The notes under the pieces were generated by a model. It ran no database searches and was not told the origin of the DNA. It saw only the letters and a list, made by a program, of their open reading frames with translations. A stretch of DNA of 38,491 bases from Myxococcota bacterium (GTDB lineage: Bacteria; Myxococcota_A; UBA9160; UBA4427), in NCBI GenBank assembly GCA_028284295.1, contig JANQSB010000132.1, positions 1 to 38,491 on the forward strand, read 5' to 3'. Positions 32,052 to 38,491 of the stretch are shown here, one piece after another. The position numbers and the translations under genes were made by a program. The first letter of the stretch is position 1; each line of letters opens with the position of its first letter.

Positions 32052-32813
32052 ATGGCAGACCATCCGAGGCGGATCCGCTGGGCCGACGCACGCGCGGCAC
32101 TTCGCCGGCTGCAGGCCGACCCGAACGCGACGGACGCGGTCTTCGAAATCGTCGAGGCGCTGGCGGGAAGGCACCCGCTCCACCTGCTCGAGCGTGTGCG
32201 CCGCGACCCCGAAGGCGCACGCCTGCTCCGCGAGCGCCCGCTCTTCGATCCTCGCCACGCCGACATGGAAGCGCTCGAAGCGCTTCCGGAGGGCAGCTTC
32301 GGTTGCGAGTTCGCCACCTGGATGCGCGACAACGACTTCGAGCCGGGCCTCGCCGAGCGCGACCGTGAGGGCGATCCCGACCTCGTCTATCTGGCGACCC
32401 GCCTCACCCAGGTCCACGACTTCTGGCACGTGCTCTCCGGATACAACCGCGATCCCCTGGGCGAGCTCGGGATCCTCGCGTTCAGCGTCGGGCAGAACGG
32501 GACGCGCGGGTTCGCGTTCATCCTCGCGAACGTGGTGTGGCAGAGCATCCGAAGCAACTGGCGCGAGGAGCGTCGTCCCTGGAGTCCGCTGATCGGCTAC
32601 CTGTGGCGCGGGTTCCGGGCCGGACGCAAGGCCCGCTTCCTGCCTCCGCTCGTGCTCGAGGATTGGTTCGCGTTGCCCCTCGACCGCGTTCGGGAGACGC
32701 TCGGGATCGAGCCGCTTCGGCGGTCGCTGAACGCCGAGGCCCTGCCGCCGATCCACTCGCCCTTGCTGCGGTCCGCGGGCGGCGCCCGGAAGCGGGAGTA
32801 CGTCCCCTGCTAG
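32052..32813 (+). CDS. Coq4-family protein
   Basis: HDFWHVLSGYNRDPLGE is the HDxxH-(x)11-E motif characteristic of Coq4. 253 aa. Confidence 0.7.
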   Translation: MADHPRRIRWADARAALRRLQADPNATDAVFEIVEALAGRHPLHLLERVRRDPEGARLLRERPLFDPRHADMEALEALPEGSFGCEFATWMRDNDFEPGLAERDREGDPDLVYLATRLTQVHDFWHVLSGYNRDPLGELGILAFSVGQNGTRGFAFILANVVWQSIRSNWREERRPWSPLIGYLWRGFRAGRKARFLPPLVLEDWFALPLDRVRETLGIEPLRRSLNAEALPPIHSPLLRSAGGARKREYVPC

Positions 32814-32832
32814 CTGCCGCGAGACGGCTCGC

Positions 32833-32973
32833 GTGACGATCCAGGACCTGGGGAGCATCGGCGAGCTCGTCGCGGCCGCGGCGGCCATCGCGACCCTGGC
32901 GTATCTCGCGGTGCAGATCCGACACCTGTCGAACGCCACCAGGACCGACGCCGCGCGGCCTGCGGCGCGATAG
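32833..32973 (+). pseudogene. Cassette family A gene fragment (46 aa, N-terminal TM only)
   Basis: GTG start. VTIQDLGSIGELVAAAAAIATLAYLAVQIR is followed by unrelated residues and a TAG, 7 nt before the family B start. Confidence 0.55.
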
Positions 32974-32980
32974 TCGGAAC

Positions 32981-33469
32981 GTGTCGGCCGAATCCTTCCT
33001 CTCGTCCGTCGTCGAGGTGGCCATCGGCATCGGCGGCTTCGCGGGCATCATCGCGGCGATTCGTCAGGGTCGGCTCGCCGATTGGCCTGCCGACCAACGG
33101 ATCCTGCTCCAGATGCTCCTCGTGGCCTCGGCGGCGGCGATCAGCTTCGCGCTGCTGCCCTCGATCCTGGCCGAGGCGCAGCTGGACGAGCCGACGATAT
33201 GGCGGATCGGAAGCGCTCTGCTGCTGGCGTGGCAGGTGGGGATCGCCGTGCATCGGACCCGGCAGTTCCGGAGCTTCGGGGTGACACCCTGGTTCCCGCG
33301 GCTGCTCGGGGTGTGGGTGGCGGGGATCATCGCCTTCCAGGTGGCGAACCTCGGGCTGGCGATGTCGTGGCCGTACCTGGTCGGCGTGTTCGGCCTGCTG
33401 GTGAACGGGTTCTCCTTCTTCCTGCTCCTGCTCTTCGGGCGCGGGGACCCGCCGCCCGACGCCCCCTGA
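32981..33469 (+). CDS. Cassette family B protein, copy 6
   Basis: GTG start. Carries SAESFLSSVVEVAIGIGGFAGIIAAI. The stop lies inside CCCTGAC. Confidence 0.7.
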   Translation: MSAESFLSSVVEVAIGIGGFAGIIAAIRQGRLADWPADQRILLQMLLVASAAAISFALLPSILAEAQLDEPTIWRIGSALLLAWQVGIAVHRTRQFRSFGVTPWFPRLLGVWVAGIIAFQVANLGLAMSWPYLVGVFGLLVNGFSFFLLLLFGRGDPPPDAP

Positions 33470-33544
33470 CACCCGAAGAGGCGCGGGCCTGCAGCCTCTC
33501 CCGGCGCGCGATAGCCTCATTGCACACCGAAGGAGGTGCTCCAC

Positions 33545-33835
33545 ATGGCCGTGTACCTGATCGCCGAGATGACCTGGAAGAACACCGACTGGCTGCCCGC
33601 CTACCTCGGCGTCGTTCCGGCGCTGGTCGAGAAGCACGGCGGCCGCTACGTGGTCCAGACCGGAGAGATCGAGCGCCTGGAGGGAACGCGCGACAAGACG
33701 GACGGCATCGTCGTCCTCGAGTTCCCGGACCGCGACGCGGCGATGGCGTTCCTGGACGACCCCGCCTACCAGGAGCAGAAGGCCGCCCGCCTGGAGAACA
33801 CCGTCTCCGAGACGATCCTCGTTCCCGTGAAGTGA
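33545..33835 (+). CDS. DUF1330-family protein
   Basis: ATG with GAAGGAGG 6 nt upstream. Carries MAVYLIAEMTWKNTDW...KHGGRYVVQTGEIERLEG...VVLEFPDRDAAMAFLDDPAYQ. A GATAGCCT box lies 28 nt upstream. Confidence 0.75.
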   Translation: MAVYLIAEMTWKNTDWLPAYLGVVPALVEKHGGRYVVQTGEIERLEGTRDKTDGIVVLEFPDRDAAMAFLDDPAYQEQKAARLENTVSETILVPVK

Positions 33836-33884
33836 GGCGGCCGGTCCCGAAGGCCGCGAGAAGGACGAGGGACCGGACTCTCGC

Positions 33885-34874
33885 GTGGCCTCGGTCGCAA
33901 CGCTTCCGCGCTCCAGGCAGCTGATCGTCCTCCGCGAGGTCGCTCACGAGGCGCTCGGCCACTACCCGATCGCGGTGCAGCGCCTCCGGGTGCTTCGCTT
34001 CGTTCGAAACGCCATCTTCCGGGTCGATCTGCGGAACGGCCAGTGGCGAATCCTCCGGGTCTACCGGCCGGAGTACCAGGATCCCAAGCGGGCGATCTTC
34101 GAGGCCAGGCTCCTGAGCCATCTCGCCGCGAGCTCGCGTGTTCGCGCTCCCCGGCCCGTGCCGACACGCGACGGGTCGTTGCTGCTGGAGTTCGCGAGTG
34201 TCGCGCTCGACGGGCGTGCCTTCGCGGTGCTGCTCCAGCCGGTGGCGGGACGGCGCCCGCCGATCGCCAGCCCGAGCGCCCGCACGGTCCACCTCGCCGG
34301 TGCCGTGATGGCGGAGATCCACGACGAGGGTCGGGCCGTGAAGGCGAAGCGGAGATTCCCGCATGCCGACTGGGGACCCTTCGTGGAGCGGGGTCTGTCG
34401 CTTCCTCCGGGTCTGCACGCGCACCTGGGAGAGCCGACGATCCGGTCCTTGCGCCGGCATGTCGACGGCGCGCGCGAGTTCCTGGCGCGTACGCGGCGCG
34501 ACGAGATCGGTGTGTTGCACGGCGACTTCCACCAGGGCAACTACCTGCTCGACCGGGGCCGCGTCTGCCCGATCGACTTCGGGGACTGTGCGACCGGGCC
34601 CTTCGTTTGCGACCTCGCGACCGCTGTCACGGCGCTGGCGGCAAGGGCAGGCTACGCGCAGAAACGGAAGGCCCTGCTGCGGGGCTATCGCGAGCGACGC
34701 GAGCTGCCCGCCTCCGCGGAGGACGCACTCGACTCCCTCGTCGCCGCGCGAGTGGGGATCTCGTTGAGCCACGTCTTCGGCCGCGCGGATCACCCCTATC
34801 TGGAGCGCCGAGCGCTGCGCAACTACCTGGCGCTCACGAGAGCTCGGCTACGAGAGGTCGGGATCGGCGCCTGA
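33885..34874 (+). CDS. Aminoglycoside-phosphotransferase-fold (APH/homoserine-kinase-II-like) kinase
   Basis: VLHGDFHQGNYLL is the HxDxxxxN catalytic loop and PIDFGD is the DFG-like motif. 329 aa, GTG start. Confidence 0.75.
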   Translation: MASVATLPRSRQLIVLREVAHEALGHYPIAVQRLRVLRFVRNAIFRVDLRNGQWRILRVYRPEYQDPKRAIFEARLLSHLAASSRVRAPRPVPTRDGSLLLEFASVALDGRAFAVLLQPVAGRRPPIASPSARTVHLAGAVMAEIHDEGRAVKAKRRFPHADWGPFVERGLSLPPGLHAHLGEPTIRSLRRHVDGAREFLARTRRDEIGVLHGDFHQGNYLLDRGRVCPIDFGDCATGPFVCDLATAVTALAARAGYAQKRKALLRGYRERRELPASAEDALDSLVAARVGISLSHVFGRADHPYLERRALRNYLALTRARLREVGIGA

Positions 34875-34952
34875 TCGGTCTCGTTGCGACGATGTTCGCG
34901 GTCGCTGGCGCAACGGGCTGGCCGGACCGGGTGCGACTGGAGCGGGCTGCCG

Positions 34953-35192
34953 CTACGAGCGGCCCTTCAGATACCAGCCCCGCTTCTCCATGCAGTCGAG
35001 GAAGATGAGCCTCACGTCGCCGCGGTAGCGGAACGGCTCCGCGTCCATGCGCTCGCGACACGCGGCGAAGTCCGCATCGAAGTCACCGCGCCGGGGGCCC
35101 ACCCAGTCGTCGCGGTCCTCGCTGTAGCGGTGTGCGCAGCTCGCCGCGAGGAGGCATGCCAGGCCGAACGCGACGAGCTGCGGAAGCGCCAT
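34953..35192 (-). CDS. Small lipoprotein
   Basis: The internal ATG gives MALPQLVAFGLACLLAASC (lipobox). The C-terminus is FLDCMEKRGWYLK. Confidence 0.55.
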   Translation of the reverse strand: MALPQLVAFGLACLLAASCAHRYSEDRDDWVGPRRGDFDADFAACRERMDAEPFRYRGDVRLIFLDCMEKRGWYLKGRS

Positions 35193-35373
35193 CGGGATCC
35201 GCAAGCGGTATTCGAATCGGGTGGTCAAGCGTGTCCTTCCTTGGCGGCCCGACACAGGATATCCAGCCTCCGAATCTCCGACCCGACCGTCCTGGCCGTC
35301 GCGAGGAGAGCTACCCTGGCGGTATGGAGTCGCAGGGTCTCCCCGCGCTGTGGGCCGGAGGGGTCATCCACCC

Positions 35374-36471
35374 GTGATCCGGGTCTACGGCTCGCGCATC
35401 TCCTACTACGCGGGGAAGCTCGAGGCCTACCTGCGCTACCGCGGCCTCGGGTACGAGCTTCTCTCCATGGTGGACCACGCGCGGGAGATCCGCGCGGGTG
35501 CCGGGGCCGTCCAGAGCCCGGTCGTGAAGCTGCCGGATGGTCGCTGGATGTCGGACTCGACTCCGATGCTGGCCTGGCTGGACGCCGAGCAGTCCGGCCC
35601 CTCGATCTATCCCGAGGATCCCGGGATGCGCTTCCTGGCACTGCTGCTCGAAGACCACGCCGACGAGTGGCTCTGGCGCCCCGCGATGCACTATCGCTGG
35701 AGCTACCGGCAGGACCGGGACCACGCCAGCGGCGTCTTGACCGACGAGCTGCTCTCGGGCTCGCGGCTTCCGCGCTTCCTGAAGCGTCGGGCCATCGCGC
35801 GACGGCAGCGGCATGGCTTCGTCCAGCTCGACGGTGTCGACGAGACCACCCGCGCCCACGTCGAACAGACCGCGATGGCGGCCTTCGACGGGCTCGAGGC
35901 GGTCCTGGCGGAGCGCCCCTTCCTGCTCGGCGACCGCCCGACGATCGTCGACTTCGGCTTCGTGGGCCCGATGTTCCGGCACTTCGCCCAGGACCCGACC
36001 CCCGCAGAGCTCATGCGTCAGCGCGCACCGCGGGTCTACACCTGGGTGGCGCGGATGTGGGAGGCTCCTCCGGTGGCGACACCCGGCCCCGGGGAGGCCT
36101 CGATCCTGGGGCAGGTCGACGCTCCCCTGGCCGCGCTCCTTCGGGAGGCCTGTGAGACGCACCTCGTGCAGCTTCGCGAGAACGCCCGGGCCTGGTCCCG
36201 GGGCGAGAGCCACTTCGAGCAGGAGATCCAGGGCTGGCGTTACCGGCGGCTGCCGGTCTCCCGCTACCGGGTCTGGTGTCTCGAGGAGCTGCGGCGCCAC
36301 TGGCAGGCGCTCGACGAGGCGACGCAGCAGGAGCTGCAGGGCCAGCTGCCCGAGCCGGGGGCGAGCGTGCTCTTCGATGCCGAGCCCGTCGCCGAGTCGG
36401 GCTACGATCCCGAACGGAACGCGCCCTTCAACCGCGCCATCAACGTGTTCGAAGACGGGGTCCCCCGCTGA
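35374..36471 (+). CDS. Glutathione S-transferase-family protein
   Basis: GTG after GGAGGGG. The thioredoxin-like N-terminus is IRVYGSRISYYAGKLEAYLRYRGLGYEL...VVKLPDG, and the helical C-domain carries FLLGDRPTIVDF. Confidence 0.65.
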   Translation: MIRVYGSRISYYAGKLEAYLRYRGLGYELLSMVDHAREIRAGAGAVQSPVVKLPDGRWMSDSTPMLAWLDAEQSGPSIYPEDPGMRFLALLLEDHADEWLWRPAMHYRWSYRQDRDHASGVLTDELLSGSRLPRFLKRRAIARRQRHGFVQLDGVDETTRAHVEQTAMAAFDGLEAVLAERPFLLGDRPTIVDFGFVGPMFRHFAQDPTPAELMRQRAPRVYTWVARMWEAPPVATPGPGEASILGQVDAPLAALLREACETHLVQLRENARAWSRGESHFEQEIQGWRYRRLPVSRYRVWCLEELRRHWQALDEATQQELQGQLPEPGASVLFDAEPVAESGYDPERNAPFNRAINVFEDGVPR

Positions 36472-36479
36472 GCCCTGGA

Positions 36480-37163
36480 ATGAGACAGCTCGACACCGAC
36501 CTGTGGGTCGCCGAAGCCCCCCTGCGCTTCGCGGGCCTCGAGGTCGGAACGCGAATGACGGTCGTGCGCCTGCCGGACGGAGGGCTCTTCGTCCACTCGC
36601 CGATCCCGGCCGATCCCGAGCTCCTTCGAGAGGTGGAGGCGCTCGGTCGTGTCGCCTTTCTGGCAGCCCCCAACCGTCTGCATCATCTCTTCGTTCAGGA
36701 GTGGCAGCAGGCCTGCCCGGAAGCGTCGCTCTTTGTCGCTCCCGGGCTCGACGACAAGCGACCTGACCTCGCGATCGCGGGCGTGCTCACGCACGAGCCC
36801 GAGCCCGGTTGGCGGGAGGTCCTCGACCAGATCGTCGTGGACGGATTCCCCTTCGCGAACGAGGTCGTCTTCTTCCACCGGCCCAGTGCGACCCTGATCG
36901 CGACGGACCTGGCGTTCAACATCCAGGCCAGCAGCGCGCCCTTGACCCGACTCTTCTTCCGGGTGGGCGGAAGCTACGGGCGCCTGGGCCCTTCGCTGCT
37001 CGAGCGGATCCTGGTGCGGGACCGCGCGGCCTTCCGCGCCTCGCTAAAGCGCATCCTGGAATGGCCCTTCGAGCGGGTCGTGGTGGGCCACGGCGAGATC
37101 TGCGAGCAGGGAGGCCGCGAGCAGCTGGTGGAGGGATACGCCTGGCTTCCGGGCGGAGCCTGA
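36480..37163 (+). CDS. DUF4336-family protein
   Basis: Starts 8 nt after the GST stop. LWVAEAPLRFAGLEVGTRMTVVRLPDGGLFVHSPI...LAAPNRLHHLF resembles DUF4336. Confidence 0.65.
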   Translation: MRQLDTDLWVAEAPLRFAGLEVGTRMTVVRLPDGGLFVHSPIPADPELLREVEALGRVAFLAAPNRLHHLFVQEWQQACPEASLFVAPGLDDKRPDLAIAGVLTHEPEPGWREVLDQIVVDGFPFANEVVFFHRPSATLIATDLAFNIQASSAPLTRLFFRVGGSYGRLGPSLLERILVRDRAAFRASLKRILEWPFERVVVGHGEICEQGGREQLVEGYAWLPGGA

Positions 37164-37188
37164 GGGGCGAAGCCGGCGACGCGGACGC

Positions 37189-37893
37189 TCAGCCGTTCCT
37201 CGCCCGCGCGGCTTCGAGACGTCGCCGCTGTGCGTCGATCATCGAACGCAGCGACTCGATCGCCGGCCCCCAGGCGTTGGCGAGGCTGCCCCGGTAGGCG
37301 CCGTCGCTCAGCTGGGCGAGGTCTTCCGCGGCCGCGAGCGCCCGCTCGTCGAGCGTGTCGGGTGCGGCCAGCTCGTCGAGGAAGCCGGCGCTCAGTGCGC
37401 CCTCCGGGCCGACCGTTCGCCCGAGCACCGTGAGGGCGTGGAGCTGACGGCGATCCAGGCGCTCGCGCGCCAGCAGGACGGGCAGGGTCGGGAGCGGCAT
37501 TCCGATCCGGGGCTCCGTGAAGCCCACCTTGTAGTGGCCGGGCGCTCCGATGCGATGGTCCGAGACGAGCAGCAGCATCGCGCCGGCGGCCACGGCGTGG
37601 CCCTCGCAGACCGAGACGAGGCGGGTCGGGCCTTCGAGGGTCGAGAGCAGCAGCTCTCCCATGCGGGTCAGCAGCTGCTCGCGTTCGAGCTCGCCGCTCG
37701 CCAGCGTGGCGTTGTCGAGCCCGACGCTGAACCCGTCGGGGCGCCCGGACAGAACGACGACGGGGGCTTCGGCGTCCTCGACCAACGCGGACGCCAGGGC
37801 CTCGACGGCCTCCAGGGTGAGGACGTTGCGCTTGCCCGCGTCCAGCCGCACGAGGCGCAGGGGGGGCTTCCGCTCGATCCGTACCGCGTCCAT
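37189..37893 (-). CDS. Enoyl-CoA hydratase/isomerase (crotonase) family protein
   Basis: 234 aa. Carries VVVLSGRPDGFSVGLD...CEGHAVAAGAMLLLVSDHRIG, the crotonase fold motifs. Confidence 0.75.
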   Translation of the reverse strand: MDAVRIERKPPLRLVRLDAGKRNVLTLEAVEALASALVEDAEAPVVVLSGRPDGFSVGLDNATLASGELEREQLLTRMGELLLSTLEGPTRLVSVCEGHAVAAGAMLLLVSDHRIGAPGHYKVGFTEPRIGMPLPTLPVLLARERLDRRQLHALTVLGRTVGPEGALSAGFLDELAAPDTLDERALAAAEDLAQLSDGAYRGSLANAWGPAIESLRSMIDAQRRRLEAARARNG

Positions 37894-37969
37894 GTTCCAG
37901 CCCCGAGTGCCGACGAGCCCGACCCTGGCCCGTCCGATCCCGCGAGATTGGCACCGTGCAGCGGCGGCT

Positions 37970-38491
37970 TCAAGCGCCGCCCGCTGCCTCCGGTCCCCTT
38001 CCGCCTCGTTCGGGAAAGCACTCGCCGAAGGGCTCGTTGTCGAGGTCGAGTCCGTTCACCAGGAACGACACCGCGTGGTACATGCCGGCGGTGTAGATCA
38101 GCTCGAGGATCTGCTCCTCGTCGAAGTGCTCTGCGAGCTCCGACCAGGTCTCGTCCGAGAGGGTGTGGATCTCGTGCAGCTCGTCGCACATCCGCACCAG
38201 CGTCGCCTGGGCGGGCGTCCAGAAGGGGTCGTCGCTGGCGGCGTGGACGGTGGCGTGGATCCAGTCGTCGCCGAGCCCGAGGGGTCGCGCGAAGGCGCTG
38301 ACGTGGACCCCCCACTCGTACTCGGCGCCGCAGCGGGCGGTCGTCCGGTGGATCACGAGCTCGCGGTCGCGGATGTCGACGGGCCCGGGGTCGAGGACTC
38401 CGGCGCGCATGAAGCGGGGAAAGATGCGCGGATTGGTGGCGAGGGTGCGAAACAGGAGGAGCGGCTCCACGCCCGGTGGCATCACGATGTC
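37970..38491 (-). CDS. Carboxymuconolactone decarboxylase (AhpD-like) family protein, 5' end probably outside the window
   Basis: LFRTLATNPRIFPRF...ELVIHRTTARCGAEYEWGVH is the CMD pattern. The frame is still open at the window edge. Confidence 0.7.
   Translation of the reverse strand, partial: DIVMPPGVEPLLLFRTLATNPRIFPRFMRAGVLDPGPVDIRDRELVIHRTTARCGAEYEWGVHVSAFARPLGLGDDWIHATVHAASDDPFWTPAQATLVRMCDELHEIHTLSDETWSELAEHFDEEQILELIYTAGMYHAVSFLVNGLDLDNEPFGECFPERGGRGPEAAGGA

Larger units (their letters stand above)
1..34950 (+). mobile_element. Integron gene-cassette array, internal/distal part (no intI, attI or Pc in window)
   Basis: Short ORFs, mostly on the + strand, are separated by imperfect inverted repeats. 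The repeats start RYYYAAC-like (GCCTAAC/GCCCAAC/GCCTGAC, often holding the stop codon) and end GTTRRRY-like (GTTGGGC/GTTAGGC/GTCAGGC). Cargo (TA pair, VOC, GNAT, methyltransferases, DUFs) is typical of cassettes. The right boundary is uncertain. Confidence 0.8.

Noticed and set aside
1-38491. A search for an integron integrase, transposase or other recombinase gene.
   Set aside because: No ORF shows tyrosine-recombinase (R...HxxR...Y) or DDE-type motifs, and the largest unexplained ORFs are antisense artefacts. The integrase is therefore reported as absent from the window, not as absent from the element.
35200-38491. Treating GST, DUF4336, crotonase and the CMD gene as further cassettes.
   Set aside because: I found no attC-like boxes between or after these genes. 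Gene sizes and mixed orientations look like ordinary chromosome. Their status is left open rather than asserted.

Overview
The window is visibly GC-rich (roughly two-thirds G+C by eye, not computed) and contains no rRNA, tRNA or CRISPR array. It is best explained as an internal or distal stretch of a large integron gene-cassette array, either a sedentary chromosomal integron or an integrase-less attC cluster. About 60 mostly short ORFs, most on the + strand, are punctuated by imperfect inverted-repeat elements. These elements begin with an RYYYAAC-like box (GCCTAAC, GCCCAAC or GCCTGAC, often containing the ORF stop codon) and end with a GTTRRRY-like box (GTTGGGC, GTTAGGC or GTCAGGC). That is the structure of attC sites. 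They fall into at least three sequence and length classes (about 132 bp, about 162 bp, and a TTGACC-N18-CATAMT class), plus collapsed and half sites. No integrase, attI or Pc is in the window; from cassette orientation they should lie to the left of coordinate 1. The cargo is typical of cassettes:
- an inverted BrnT/BrnA toxin-antitoxin pair
- 6 VOC/glyoxalase-fold genes
- 4 GNAT acetyltransferases
- 3 SAM methyltransferases plus an ICMT-type enzyme
- an azoR-lysR divergent pair
- an APH-like kinase
- many DUF proteins

The most interesting signals are:
1. Two uncharacterised membrane-protein families are each present six times, and they recur next to each other.
2. A conserved extended -10-like box (G)TGGTAnnnT sits at a fixed offset inside attC sites and upstream of nearly every cassette ORF. 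This suggests attC-borne outward promoters.
3. An HXXEE-like membrane protein occurs twice, each time paired with a secreted partner.
4. There are several recombination scars: collapsed attC sites, truncated paralogues, a 12-nt x4 purine repeat and an in-frame stop in an MBOAT-like gene.

Well-formed attC sites dominate the first ~20 kb. Further right the sites are degenerate and multi-gene blocks appear. The genes beyond ~35 kb (GST, DUF4336, crotonase, CMD) may be flanking chromosome.
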